Origin: Synechococcales cyanobacterium | GTDB taxonomy: Bacteria > Cyanobacteriota > Cyanobacteriia > Leptolyngbyales > Leptolyngbyaceae | Direction of reading: 5' to 3' | Length of the DNA stretch: 63,013 nucleotides | NCBI GenBank assembly: GCA_043787035.1 | Contig: JAYVVL010000285.1 | Span: forward strand, 1 to 63,013 | Shown: in pieces, positions 29,197-39,430 of the stretch | Layout: the number at the start of each line of letters is the position of its first letter | How positions within the stretch are numbered: the first letter of the stretch is position 1 | The notes under the pieces: generated by a model | Database searches by the model: none | What the model was told of the DNA's origin: nothing | What the model saw: only the letters and a program-made list of their open reading frames with translations | Program-made: the position numbers and the translations under genes

Positions 29197-29946
29197 ATGA
29201 CGCATCTTCGATCGACTTGGCAAAAATATTGGACCCGCGCAATCGCTTGGACGATCGCCCTAGTTCTCTTCACTACCGCCCCCGCCTTCGCCCGCCCGCC
29301 CGAAACTGCTACTTACAAACCCTGCGCAAACCCTTCCCCCTTTGGCATTGGTACCTGCTACATGGGACGCGAAATCGCCCAAGTCATCGGTAGCTCTGGC
29401 TCCGGCTGGCTCGACAGGTCCACCCGCGAACTGGAAGAACGACCTACAAAAGCGATCGATGCTCTCAGATTCAAATCCACGGATGTAGTGGCGGATATTG
29501 GCGCTGGAACCGGATACTTCAGTCTACGCATTGCACCCAAGGTCGCTAAAGTCTACGCAGTGGATTTGCAACCTGAGATGCTGGACGTCTTACGATCGCA
29601 CCAAGCAGACCAAAAAATAACTACCATTGAGACACTTCAGGGCCAACTCGATCGGGTCAATCTGCCTGAAAATAGCCTCGACTACGCCATTATGGTCGAT
29701 GCTTATCACGAATTTTCACAGCCCAGAGAGATGATGCAGTCTATCTTTTCTGCTCTGAAACCCGGTGGAAAGGCCGTATTGGTAGAGTACAAAGGCGAAA
29801 ATCCTTTGATTCCCATTAAGCCACTCCATAAGATGACTCAGACTCAAGCTCGGGGTGAACTCTCTGCGATCGGCTTTGAATGGGTAGAGAACAAACGTGT
29901 CTTACCACAACAGCATGTGTTGGTCTTTCGCAAACCGATGACCTAA
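29197..29946 (+). CDS. Class I SAM-dependent methyltransferase with N-terminal signal/anchor
   Basis: Hydrophobic N-terminus AIAWTIALVLFTTAPAFA and SAM motif VADIGAGTGYFSLRIA. The start is taken at the MTHLRS ATG within the track ORF. Confidence 0.8.
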   Translation: MTHLRSTWQKYWTRAIAWTIALVLFTTAPAFARPPETATYKPCANPSPFGIGTCYMGREIAQVIGSSGSGWLDRSTRELEERPTKAIDALRFKSTDVVADIGAGTGYFSLRIAPKVAKVYAVDLQPEMLDVLRSHQADQKITTIETLQGQLDRVNLPENSLDYAIMVDAYHEFSQPREMMQSIFSALKPGGKAVLVEYKGENPLIPIKPLHKMTQTQARGELSAIGFEWVENKRVLPQQHVLVFRKPMT

Positions 29947-30095
29947 CCCGCCACAATTCCAAGTTTCAGCCTCATGGTCTTCTATCTTGCTAAACGATGA
30001 ACGAATCTACGGTATTTTAGTTGTCATAGTGTTTGAGTTTGGAATTGCCGGGTACGTTCTACATACTAAATTGATGGTAAGTACGGTAATTAATA

Positions 30096-30339
30096 GTGAT
30101 GGCTAGTGAAGAAAAGAATCGACGTATGGATCTTCGCCGAGAGCTTGGGAATCGCAAAGTGAAGTCGGATTCAGCATCTTCACTCTCCCCAGCCCCTCTC
30201 TATTTAACAGCTCATACGTGCTTCAATTGCCGAAAAAGCTTTAAATTGAGGGATGAAAAAAAGTCATATTTGTCCAGAATATGGTGATCTTATCTATATT
30301 AGTGGGAAGACTTTCAAAACACCCAGAAGCCTATGTTAG
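30096..30339 (+). pseudogene. Small zinc-ribbon protein, frameshifted in an A7 run
   Basis: CFNCRKSFKLRDEKKS is followed, after the run of 7 A (30256-30262), by ICPEYGDLIYISGKTFKTPRSLC in the next frame. Removing one A restores C-x2-C...CPxxG..G..FK.P. The second ribbon Cys is Tyr (TAT). Confidence 0.35.
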
Positions 30340-30396
30340 ACGAATGATTACTCGGTCTAACATGGGCCTAAAAATAGAGGCTAATCCCAATCTCGG

Positions 30397-31467
30397 CTAT
30401 TCCGGTTCACCAAACACGTCATTGAACACCTTCGAGACTTTGCTGCCAGAGTCGATCGATTCCATGGGATCTTTCCGCAAGCGATGACGCAAACACAGCG
30501 TTGCAACTCGGCGGATGTCGTCTACAGTCACTTCGGTTCGTTCTTCGTAGGCTGAAAGTGCCTTGGCCGCGCGGTTCGTTACAATGTCCCCACGTAATCC
30601 ATCCACATCAAGCTCTGAACACACCTGGGAGATTTTCACTCGCAAATCGTGGTCGATTTTGATGCCTTTGAGTCGTTCTTGCGCAGCGACAATTTTGGCT
30701 TGCAGTCCATCTTGCTCGGGTTGAAACTGGACCAAAAAAGCATGTGAATTGGCATCAAATTCAGTGCGTTGCTCCACAATTTGGACGCGCATTTCAGGAT
30801 CTTTGACCGTGCGAATTTCGGCGTGCATCCCAAAACGATCGAGCAGTTGAGGCCGCAATTCACCTTCTTCTGGGTTCCCCGATCCAACCAAGACAAACCG
30901 TGCGGGGTGCCGAATGGAAATCCCTTCGCGCTCCACGGTATTCCAACCGGACGCAGCCGAATCGAGCAACACGTCTACTAGATGATCGTCCAGCAGATTC
31001 ACTTCATCGACGTACAGAATCCCGCGATTGGCCTTAGCCAGCAACCCCGGTTCAAAGGCTTTAATCCCCTCAGAAAGCGCTTTTTCAATATCGATCGTGC
31101 CACAAACGCGATCTTCAGTTGCGCCGAGGGGAAGGTCCACCATTTGGATTTTTTTCTTGGCGATCGGCACGGATTTACCTTGCTCTAACAAAAGCCGCAC
31201 GTCGTCACCCATAATCTCAGGGTCGCTGGGATGACTGTTATAGGGATCGCCATCGACCACCTCAATTTCGGGCAGAAGATCCGCGAGGGCACGAATCGTG
31301 GTGGATTTCCCGGTTCCCCGATCGCCCATAATCATCACTCCGCCAATTTTCGGATCGATAATGTTAAGGATAAGTGCGAGCTTCATTTCTTCCTGACCTA
31401 CGATCGCGGTGAAGGGAAAAATGGCACGGCGGCGCAGTTGGGTTGGGGCTTCAGGAGTCATGACCAC
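30397..31467 (-). CDS. chlI: Magnesium chelatase ATPase subunit I
   Basis: [52 protein letters not shown] and the AAA+ sensor motifs. Confidence 0.96.
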   Translation of the reverse strand: MVMTPEAPTQLRRRAIFPFTAIVGQEEMKLALILNIIDPKIGGVMIMGDRGTGKSTTIRALADLLPEIEVVDGDPYNSHPSDPEIMGDDVRLLLEQGKSVPIAKKKIQMVDLPLGATEDRVCGTIDIEKALSEGIKAFEPGLLAKANRGILYVDEVNLLDDHLVDVLLDSAASGWNTVEREGISIRHPARFVLVGSGNPEEGELRPQLLDRFGMHAEIRTVKDPEMRVQIVEQRTEFDANSHAFLVQFQPEQDGLQAKIVAAQERLKGIKIDHDLRVKISQVCSELDVDGLRGDIVTNRAAKALSAYEERTEVTVDDIRRVATLCLRHRLRKDPMESIDSGSKVSKVFNDVFGEPE

Positions 31468-31626
31468 AGCAGTTTTTGATTTTAGGGATGGACAGAGCGA
31501 TCGCTTTGGTCAATCGCGCTCTTTATTATCCCATACCGATCGCTTCCTACTTAAGTAAGATCTGAGCTTGCATTAGACTACCGCTGTACGAGTTATGGAC
31601 TACCCTCGTTAAGATGAGCATTTGTA

Positions 31627-31986
31627 CTATGTCAAGACAATGATTTCTTTCCCCCCTTTTTTCTCCAATAAGCGTTTTAGAGTCACTAACGCAGCCCCAT
31701 CCTGCCCTGTAAGTGCGAATTGAGCCGGATTCATCTGAATAAATGGACTCCATAATGCTGCGGGCAGCGCAATCATCATGCCTCGAAACGTTCCCTAGAC
31801 TTCTTCTACCGAGTAGTAATCGGATAGTCCTGCCTCAATTTTGTCGATGCCATGTACAACCTTTAACGCCGCTTTCAACGTCGATAAGATATTGAACGAG
31901 ACCAGCGCCATGCAAAACACGAATAATGCTGCTCTCGGATAGCCTAATGTTTTGATTTCACAATGAAAGCTGTTTCTAGGGTCTTT
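31627..31986 (-). mobile_element. IS4-family (DDE) transposase C-terminal relic
   Basis: My translation: FHCEIKTLGYPRAALFVFCMALVSFNILSTLKAALKVVHGIDKIEAGLSDYYSVEEV*GTFRGMMIALPAALWSPFIQMNPAQFALT...LKRLLEKKGGKE. In-frame TAG at 31795-31797. There is no upstream catalytic region. Confidence 0.55.
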
Positions 31987-32462
31987 CTACAATAAATGGT
32001 AGAAATCGTTGACTTCTAAACGAGGTCAATATCAGCACATATGCTCGCCTTAACATTTGACCCAGCGATTGAAACATCCATCAAGAAGAATTACAAAAAC
32101 AATCGGAGTCATGGGCAGTGACGTTTGGCTTGATCGATGAAGATCTAACAGTAGTCGATTGTTGGAAATCAACCAATGCCAACGATCGGGTTGCCCTCAT
32201 CGCAACACAACCCCTTACCGACAACAAAGCCTGAACCCAGATTAGCCGTGGCAAGCTCCTAATATTTCACTACGGAATTTTAGTTTGCAATCCTAAAATT
32301 TTGAATAATTTAGAACACCTATATTTAATCTACGGTATTCCGGTCGGGATTAAGGAGATTTATTGTTGCTTTTTTGGTCTGACCTTAGTAGGATGGTTAG
32401 CACAGTAAATGTGATATCCCGATCAACCTACCATAGATTAAAACTTGCCAGGAGTATTTCGC

Positions 32463-33578
32463 ATGAGTTTACATCAGTCCGTCAGGCGTTTGAGCGTTTT
32501 TTTACCCAGTCGATCGTTCAGTGCAAATCGGCGATCACTGGCATTGGGATTAATTAGCCTAGTCTTAACTCTCTCGATCGCTGCCTGTGGTGGAAATACA
32601 AGTAGTCCGTCCGGCGGTACTAGCAGCAGTTCTAGTAGTAAAGATATCGAACTTACCCTAGTTGGCTATGCTGTGCCCAAAGCGGCTCATGATGCGGTCA
32701 TTCCTAAGTTTGTTGAGCAGTGGAAGAAGGATCACGGAGGCCAGAAGATTACCTTCAAGCAAAGCTATGGGGGTTCCGGCACCCAAACTCGTGCCGTAAT
32801 TGATGGATTAGAGGCCGATGTCGTTCATTTGGCGGTCGGGGCCGATATGAATAAACTCGTCAAGGCGGGGTTGATTAAAGAGGATTGGACAACGCGCACC
32901 CCAAATAACGGCATTGTGGGTGAAACCGTCGCAGCAATTATTACCCGTGAAGGCAATCCCAAAGGCATCAAAACCTTTGCTGACTTAGGGCGGGATGGTA
33001 TAAAGTGGGTTACGGCAAACCCCAAAACCTCCGGGGGTGCCCGCTGGAACTACTACGCCCTGTGGAATTATGCTAAGAAAACGGGCGGTGATGACGCAAA
33101 GGCAAACGAATTTGTTACTAAGGCATTTAAAAATGTCGTAGTCCTAGCCAAAGATGGCAGAGAATCAACCGATGCCTTTGCTAAGCAAGGTCAAGGGGAT
33201 GCGCTAGTGAACTACGAAAACGAAGTGATTTTGGCCAAGCAAAAGGGGGAGAAACTTGACTTTGTAGTTCCAGAAATCAATATTTCGATCGATACGCCAG
33301 TGGCAGTGGTCGATAAGAATGTGGAGAAACACGGCAATAAGGAAGCAGCCGAAGCGTTCGTTAAGTTCTTGTTCACACCAGAAGCACAGCGTGAGTTTGC
33401 CAAAGTGGGTTTCCGTCCCCTAGGTGATGTCGCCAAAGAGCCAGAGATTGCCAAACAATTTTCCCCTGTAAAACAGCTTGCAAAAATAAGTGAGTATGGT
33501 GGCTGGAAAGATGCCCAGAAAGTCTTTGAGGAGGGTGGGTCATTTGATAAAATTGAGGCGGCGATCGGCCAAAAATAG
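32463..33578 (+). CDS. sbp: Sulfate/thiosulfate ABC transporter substrate-binding protein
   Basis: Lipobox LSIAAC, plus the blocks GGSGTQTRAVIDGLEADVV and NPKTSGGARWNYYALW. AGGAG lies 8 nt upstream of ATG 32463. Confidence 0.9.
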   Translation: MSLHQSVRRLSVFLPSRSFSANRRSLALGLISLVLTLSIAACGGNTSSPSGGTSSSSSSKDIELTLVGYAVPKAAHDAVIPKFVEQWKKDHGGQKITFKQSYGGSGTQTRAVIDGLEADVVHLAVGADMNKLVKAGLIKEDWTTRTPNNGIVGETVAAIITREGNPKGIKTFADLGRDGIKWVTANPKTSGGARWNYYALWNYAKKTGGDDAKANEFVTKAFKNVVVLAKDGRESTDAFAKQGQGDALVNYENEVILAKQKGEKLDFVVPEINISIDTPVAVVDKNVEKHGNKEAAEAFVKFLFTPEAQREFAKVGFRPLGDVAKEPEIAKQFSPVKQLAKISEYGGWKDAQKVFEEGGSFDKIEAAIGQK

Positions 33579-33595
33579 TTTTTTCTAGCTTGAGT

Positions 33596-33631
33596 TGCCT
33601 ACTTGATAATATTCAATGTAGGCAGCTTTTT
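33596..33631 (+). terminator. Candidate intrinsic terminator/attenuator after sbp
   Basis: tgcctac (33596-33602), 15-nt loop, gtaggca (33618-33624), then gc and ttttt (33627-33631). The stem is only 7 bp. Confidence 0.4.
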
Positions 33632-33682
33632 GCTCAAATAGACTTTTCACGGATTGTTCACCTGACGTACTAGTAAATTCCC

Positions 33683-34537
33683 ATGACTCCTTCTTCGGCT
33701 CCACGGACAGTTCCCATTTGGCAACAATTCTGGCAATGGATTAGCGGTCTTTCTTGGCCTTGGCGAATTACGATCGGCTATCTTAGCTTTATGCTAATTT
33801 TGCCCGTATCTGCAATGTTTCTCAAAGCAGCGAAGGAAAACCCAGCAGACTTTTGGCGGATTGCCACGAGTCCGATCGCCCTATCAGCATACGATGTTAC
33901 GTTTACAACTGCCTTAATAGCGGCACTCTTGAATGGTCTATTTGGTACATTAATTGCTTGGACATTAGTGCGGTATGACTTTCCCCTCAAGCGCATCGTC
34001 GAAGCCTCCGTAGACTTACCCTTTGCTTTGCCTACCTCGGTCGCTGGCTTAACCCTAGCAACCGTATACAGCGACAATGGCTGGATCGGATCGCTGTTCG
34101 CGCCATTTGGAATCAAATTGGCGTTTACTCGATTTGGCGTAGGAATTGCAATGGTTTTTATTTCCTTGCCCTTTGTTGTGCGTACGGTACAGCCCGTTTT
34201 GCAGGAGTTGGAAACCGAAATTGAAGAAGCCGCTTGGTGTTTGGGTGCATCACCATGGCAAACCTTCTGGCATGTGATTTTACCGCCGTTGCTTCCGTCG
34301 ATTTTGACGGGCGTCGCTCTTGGATTTTCCCGTGCCGTTGGGGAATATGGTTCAACGGTGGTCATCGCTTCTAATACGCCCTTTAAAGATTTAATTGCCC
34401 CCGTGTTGATTTTCCAACGATTAGAACAATATGACTATTCGGGCGCAACGGTCATTGGCGTTGTTTTGTTGCTAATTTCGCTCACCATTTTGCTGGCAAT
34501 TAATCTTTTACAAGCTTGGGGGCGACGTTACAGCTAG
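33683..34537 (+). CDS. cysT: Sulfate ABC transporter permease CysT
   Basis: 284 aa, 6 TM, EAA-loop region [22 protein letters not shown]. Confidence 0.9.
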   Translation: MTPSSAPRTVPIWQQFWQWISGLSWPWRITIGYLSFMLILPVSAMFLKAAKENPADFWRIATSPIALSAYDVTFTTALIAALLNGLFGTLIAWTLVRYDFPLKRIVEASVDLPFALPTSVAGLTLATVYSDNGWIGSLFAPFGIKLAFTRFGVGIAMVFISLPFVVRTVQPVLQELETEIEEAAWCLGASPWQTFWHVILPPLLPSILTGVALGFSRAVGEYGSTVVIASNTPFKDLIAPVLIFQRLEQYDYSGATVIGVVLLLISLTILLAINLLQAWGRRYS

Positions 34538-34591
34538 TTTTAGTAAGGAATTGGGCCAATTATCTGGAAGCACTAGGAAATTAAACATCAC

Positions 34592-35461
34592 ATGGAAACT
34601 AATCTTAAACGTCCACTCACAACAGAACGCCCCTCAGGTCTAAAACGATCGGCGCGAAAGAGTTGGGTCCCTACTTTATTCATCGGCATCACAGTTGTTT
34701 ACATTAGCCTGGTTTTGTATATCCCGACGGTAAATGTATTTAGTCAAGCCTTCAGCAAAGGGGTTGGGCCATTTTTTGCAAACTTAACCACTCCCGCATT
34801 TTTGAATGCAGCTAAGCTCACTATTCTGCTTGCACTAATTGCTGTGCCTTTGAATACCGTGTTTGGTTTGTGTGCGGCTTGGGCGATCGCCCGCAACAAG
34901 TTTCCGGGGCGAGCATTTTTGCTAAGTATACTTGACTTGCCTTTTTCGATTTCACCTGTTGTGGCGGGGTTGATGTTAGTCCTGCTCTATGGGCGAAATG
35001 GCTGGTTCGGGGGATTACTTGAATGGGCCAATATCAAAATCATTTTTGCTTTTCCCGGTATGGTGCTGGCGACAATTTTTGTGAGTATGCCCTTTATTGC
35101 CCGTGAAGTGATTCCTGTACTGGAAGAAGCAGGAGCCGATCAGGAAGAAGCGGCAAAAACGCTGGGAGCAAATGATTGGCAAATCTTTTGGAGAGTCACT
35201 TTACCGAATATTCGTTGGGGCTTGCTCTACGGCTTAATTTTGACGAATGCTCGTGCCATGGGTGAGTTTGGGGCAGTATCTGTCGTTTCCGGTAATATTA
35301 GTGAGCAGACTCAAAGCCTACCCTTATTTGTGGAAGATGCTTACAAGCAGTATGCAACCGAGTCAGCTTATTCTGCGGCTGTGCTGCTAGCACTTCTAGC
35401 TGTTGTAACATTAGTGTTAAAAGAAATTCTCGAACGCAAAACCAAAATCAAGGATATCTAA
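34592..35461 (+). CDS. cysW: Sulfate ABC transporter permease CysW
   Basis: 289 aa, 6 TM, QEEAAKTLGANDWQIFWRVTLPNIRW. Confidence 0.9.
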   Translation: METNLKRPLTTERPSGLKRSARKSWVPTLFIGITVVYISLVLYIPTVNVFSQAFSKGVGPFFANLTTPAFLNAAKLTILLALIAVPLNTVFGLCAAWAIARNKFPGRAFLLSILDLPFSISPVVAGLMLVLLYGRNGWFGGLLEWANIKIIFAFPGMVLATIFVSMPFIAREVIPVLEEAGADQEEAAKTLGANDWQIFWRVTLPNIRWGLLYGLILTNARAMGEFGAVSVVSGNISEQTQSLPLFVEDAYKQYATESAYSAAVLLALLAVVTLVLKEILERKTKIKDI

Positions 35462-36051
35462 TCACAGATTCCGCGAGTTGAGGGAGTTTCCCGACGGTGT
35501 AAGAACCGTAGCAGAAGACGATCGATTACAATACATTTAAAACTAACCCGCACGGAGTAACACCCTATGTCGGTCCTAGAGTATCCCCTCACCTTCAACT
35601 TAGACGATCGCCCCTGTCAATTGTCGTTCAGGTCCCGGTACTAGTAATAGTATTGTGTATTCCTTTACTTCAAACGGAGGTGAACAACTAAATGCGAGAT
35701 CTCTAATGAGTACAGGAATGGGCAATGGAATTGTTTTAGATGGAAATGGTAAACCTTGGTTGAAAGTACAGAACACCAATAGCCCAACCACTCAATGCTA
35801 CGTCCGTGCAAGTACAAACTTTATTCAACCCGTCCGGCTTGGATTTTAGCCCCGATCGAAACAGATCTATGAAAGCTAGACCATCATTTCAGTGAGTTTC
35901 AAGGTCTTTGGAGTGATTCAGAGGTTTTTAGGTGAATCAAAATTAGGAACCCTCGCGATCGATCGTTGAAATCCTTGCTATGATTTGGGTGTGGCTTCTA
36001 GGTCGCGTACTTCTTCGGAAGTGAAACTCATAGAAATTTATTGCGATCGGT

Positions 36052-37095
36052 ATGCTTTATACACCACCTTGGCATCTTACTAATGGGTTACTAATGACCC
36101 TCCATACCGCTTTGCGGGTGAGTCGAAAATGGGAGAATTTCACCGTTGAGCCTGAACCCATTTATCAAGAGCATATTTTTACAGGTGCGAATGGTGTGCC
36201 TATTTTTGGTAAATATGCAATTCCCAAAAATGCCACAGGAACCATTGTCGGAACCTACGGAATTACAGGGGATTTAGATAATCAATGGTTTCTCAAAATT
36301 CTAGGACGTAAGGCGATCGCAAAAGGATACGCCATCGTTTTATTTGATTGGCGGGCACATGGTAAAACGGCTGAACTTTCACCCGCGCTGACCTCCGATG
36401 GACTGTACGAAGGCGAAGATTTTATTCGGATCGCCAACACTGCTAAACAATTGGGATGTCCAGCACCTTTTTGGTTAATGGGCTATTCCCTCGGTGGGCA
36501 ATTAGCTTTGTGGGGAATAAAAGCAGGAGAATCGATCGCGGATTGGGGAAGCGATTTAGAAATTACATCTGCTGATATTGCAGGTGGGGCAGTCATTTGT
36601 CCTAGTGTTGACTCCAATCGATCGCTTACTTATTTAGTCAAAGATGACCTAGGTAAATTTCTCGAGAAGGCGATCGCTCGTGAATTAAAGAAGCTAGGAC
36701 GCGACCTAGCAAAGATGCATCCTGAAGCGATCGATCGCGATGCTGTGGGACGAGCTAACAGCATTTGGGGATTTGATCACGAATTAACAATTGAAAAATT
36801 AGGCTTTAGCTCTGTACACGAGTATTACGAAGCAAGTTGTCCGCTCTATTTCATGCCGCGTTTGCAAAAGCCAACGTTTGTTCTTTATGCGGCGGACGAT
36901 CCGATGTTTGATCCAGCTATTATTCCAGACCTAGAAAAAATTGCTCAAGACAATCCTGCAATAAAACTAATGGTGACCCAATATGGTGGTCATGTTGGTT
37001 ATATCAGTAGTAAAACGTGCCAGCACTACTATGGCGATCGCGATCGATGGTGGGCATGGAATCGCATTTTTGAATGGATAGAATCCCTAGCCTAA
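36052..37095 (+). CDS. Alpha/beta-fold hydrolase (YheT/ABHD-like)
   Basis: Nucleophile elbow GYSLGG, with C-terminal D and H regions (AADDPMFD, GGHVGY). Confidence 0.8.
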   Translation: MLYTPPWHLTNGLLMTLHTALRVSRKWENFTVEPEPIYQEHIFTGANGVPIFGKYAIPKNATGTIVGTYGITGDLDNQWFLKILGRKAIAKGYAIVLFDWRAHGKTAELSPALTSDGLYEGEDFIRIANTAKQLGCPAPFWLMGYSLGGQLALWGIKAGESIADWGSDLEITSADIAGGAVICPSVDSNRSLTYLVKDDLGKFLEKAIARELKKLGRDLAKMHPEAIDRDAVGRANSIWGFDHELTIEKLGFSSVHEYYEASCPLYFMPRLQKPTFVLYAADDPMFDPAIIPDLEKIAQDNPAIKLMVTQYGGHVGYISSKTCQHYYGDRDRWWAWNRIFEWIESLA

Positions 37096-37153
37096 AACCA
37101 AAGCCAGCTATCCCCACTCTGACGAGGTGACAAGTTGGGAAGAAATAGAACGC

Positions 37154-37957
37154 TCAAAATTGATTCTTACGCGATCGAATTTCGCTGTACGTCTCCACAT
37201 CAGTAGAGGTTCCTAATCGCGATCGAATAGCTGCAATATCCCATCGTAAAAACGGATTTGTTAAGGTCTCAAAACCGATCGTACTCGGGATCGTGGACTG
37301 ATCCTGCGATCGCAGCGCCGTCACCTCCTGGATTCGGGTATGCAGCGCTAGATTCTCCGGTTCGATCGTCAGCGCAAACTTGAGATTTTCAAGCGTGTAC
37401 TCGTGGGCGCACCAAATCTTCGTATCCGGCGGGAGCCGTCGAAGTTTCGCGAGGGACTGCTGCATCATCGCAGGGGTGCCATCCTTAATTCGGCCCGATC
37501 CCGCCGAAAACAACACATCCCCACAAAACAAATCCGCCGTCTCCGGAAAGTAGTACGCCAGATGTCCAAGCCGATGACCGGGCACCGACAGAACCTCCCC
37601 GACCGCCGACCCCACCATTACCCGATCGCCCTCCTGAAGAAACACCGTCTGCCCTGGAATCTTCCCGCGATCGATTTCGCTGCCATACACCGGAATTCCT
37701 GGAAATTCCCGCAACAAATCCCGATTCGCCCCAACATGATCTCCATCGAAGTGCGTATTTAAAATCATCGATAGCTTCAGATCATACGATCGGAGAAACT
37801 CCAGCACCGGAAACGGCTCTCCCGCATCCACCACCGCCACCGATCGGGCAATCCAGTCTACCAAAACAAAAATATAATTATCTGAAAGTGCGGGCAGACA
37901 GTAGACTTGCAGTACATTTCGGACAGAGTTTAGAGAGGAATGGGTCATAATTTTCAT
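37154..37957 (-). CDS. gloB: Hydroxyacylglutathione hydrolase (glyoxalase II)
   Basis: Metallo-beta-lactamase fold plus a HAGH_C-like tail (CAHEYTLENLKFALTIEPEN...NPFLR). The metal motif reads THFDGDH rather than the canonical THxHxDH. Confidence 0.85.
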   Translation of the reverse strand: MKIMTHSSLNSVRNVLQVYCLPALSDNYIFVLVDWIARSVAVVDAGEPFPVLEFLRSYDLKLSMILNTHFDGDHVGANRDLLREFPGIPVYGSEIDRGKIPGQTVFLQEGDRVMVGSAVGEVLSVPGHRLGHLAYYFPETADLFCGDVLFSAGSGRIKDGTPAMMQQSLAKLRRLPPDTKIWCAHEYTLENLKFALTIEPENLALHTRIQEVTALRSQDQSTIPSTIGFETLTNPFLRWDIAAIRSRLGTSTDVETYSEIRSRKNQF

Positions 37958-37997
37958 CCTAACAACTATTTTTTATTATTACTGGGCATTTTAGGCT

Positions 37998-38204
37998 ATG
38001 GGACGTTTTCAAGACCGAAATCGACTATCGATTTCCCAACAATTAGAACGCATTCAGCGATCGCGAATCATCCCTCGCGATACCTATGTGCAAATCACCA
38101 GCGCTATTCTTTCTGGGCAGACCCTCAGCGTTGAAGAACGTCAACGCATTATCAAAGTGCTGGACGACATCAAACTCGATCGGATCCGCATCGAAGCCCC
38201 TTAA
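37998..38204 (+). CDS. Hypothetical 68-aa protein
   Basis: ATG-initiated ORF ending 17 nt before the GT4 gene. No motif recognised. Confidence 0.35.
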   Translation: MGRFQDRNRLSISQQLERIQRSRIIPRDTYVQITSAILSGQTLSVEERQRIIKVLDDIKLDRIRIEAP

Positions 38205-38221
38205 AGCCCCTGTTAAACCCC

Positions 38222-39430
38222 GTGCCTAACGCCCTTAAAATCTCTCTCCTCGTCAGCGACCTCTCCAGCGGCGGCACCGTCCGGGCCTACCTCCTCGGGC
38301 TAGTCCTGAAGCAAATGGGACACGACATTGAGGTGGTGGGATTTCAATTTAGGACGGCGCTGTACGCAGAGCCACCGGGCGGCATTGTAGTGCGATCGCT
38401 TCCCGGACGTCGGCTTCCGGGATTGCTCTGGGATGTGCCTAAACTCATGGCCTTGATCACAGGCGATATTATCTACGCCGTCAAACCCAAACCGACCAGC
38501 TTCGGCATCGGACTGTTGCGCCGCTGGCAAACGCGCAAACCGCTGTTGCTCGACATGGATGATTGGGAGATGAGCTGGTGCGGCGGCGACGATTGGCAAT
38601 ATGCCCCGGTGAGCCTCAAGCAGCGATACCGGGACCTCTTCAAGTCTGACGGACAGTTGCGCGACATCGATCATCCGCTATATGTGAAATGGTTAGAACG
38701 ATGGGTTTCATCGGTGAATGCGCTTACGGTGGACACGAATTTTTTACAGAAACGATTTGGTGGCGTGTACGTGCCCAATGGAAAAGAAACAACGCTATTT
38801 GATCCCAGTTTCTATAATCCCGACGACATCCGATCGCGCCTTGGGCTATCGCAATATCGCATCCTCATGTTTCCCGGCGCACCCCGTCCGCACAAAGGCG
38901 TCGAAGATGTATTGGATGCCTTAGAACTTTTGAATCAAGACGACTTACGGCTTGTGATCATTGGCGGAAGTCCGTACGATGACTACGACGATCGCCTTAA
39001 GCAACGCTACGGGAAATGGCTCATCCAACTCCCCCGGTCACCCGTGGAGAAAATGCCAGAACTCGTCTCCGCCGCGCACATCATCGTCGTTCCGCAGCGA
39101 AATTCACTCACGGCGATCGCCCAGTTTCCCCTGAAACTCAGCGACGGCATGGCCATGGCCAAACCCATTTTGTCCACCACCGTCGGCGACATTCCAGAGA
39201 TTCTCGGCGGCACAGGCTACCTCGTCGAACCGCAGCAGCCGCAGCAGATAGCCGACATGATCGAAAAGATTTTCAGCCATTGGGAATTAGCCCAGCAAAA
39301 AGGTCAACAAGCCCGCGATCGGTGTCTAGAACATTATGGAACTGCCGCGATGTCAAAAATTTTGTATGGTGTATTAGCCCAAATCCCCCAAAAACCATGC
39401 TCCCCCAAACCCGATCGATCGCCCTTCTGA
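38222..39430 (+). CDS. Family-4 (GT-B) glycosyltransferase
   Basis: 402 aa with a GT-B layout and the C-terminal E-x7-E region (PQRNSLTAIAQFPLKLSDGMAMAKPILST). Confidence 0.8.
   Translation: MPNALKISLLVSDLSSGGTVRAYLLGLVLKQMGHDIEVVGFQFRTALYAEPPGGIVVRSLPGRRLPGLLWDVPKLMALITGDIIYAVKPKPTSFGIGLLRRWQTRKPLLLDMDDWEMSWCGGDDWQYAPVSLKQRYRDLFKSDGQLRDIDHPLYVKWLERWVSSVNALTVDTNFLQKRFGGVYVPNGKETTLFDPSFYNPDDIRSRLGLSQYRILMFPGAPRPHKGVEDVLDALELLNQDDLRLVIIGGSPYDDYDDRLKQRYGKWLIQLPRSPVEKMPELVSAAHIIVVPQRNSLTAIAQFPLKLSDGMAMAKPILSTTVGDIPEILGGTGYLVEPQQPQQIADMIEKIFSHWELAQQKGQQARDRCLEHYGTAAMSKILYGVLAQIPQKPCSPKPDRSPF

Noticed and set aside
30333-30363. 9-bp inverted repeat (atgttagac / gtctaacat) between the zinc-ribbon relic and chlI, considered as a bidirectional terminator
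   Set aside because: The A/T runs are on the wrong side for both orientations (the A-run follows the stem on plus, the T-run precedes it on minus).
31547-31753. 68-aa track ORF
   Set aside because: It is a different frame of the same DNA that encodes the IS4 transposase relic, and it has no motif of its own.
32041-32233. Small ORF MLALTFDPAIETSIKKNYKNNRSHGQ that continues after a frameshift as ..WAVTFGLIDEDLTVVDCWKSTNANDRVALIATQPLTDNKA
   Set aside because: It looks like a broken small gene, but I cannot name a family. It is left unannotated.
33778-34365. 195-aa ORF antisense to cysT
   Set aside because: It is a shadow ORF. CysT permease motifs occupy the plus strand.
35566-35849. SH3b-like fragment (VNCRSGPGTSNSIVYSFTSNGG...WLKVQNTNSPTTQCYVRAS) downstream of cysW
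   Set aside because: The SH3b-like frame is closed by a TAG just upstream, has only a GTG inside the domain and has no signal peptide. An upstream ATG (35566) is in another frame. It is probably a relic, too weak to call as a gene.
39016-39396. 5' two-thirds of the 275-aa track ORF overlapping the GT4 gene
   Set aside because: It is the Arg/Pro/His-rich out-of-frame translation of the GT4 gene. Only the part from ATG 39397 shows homology.
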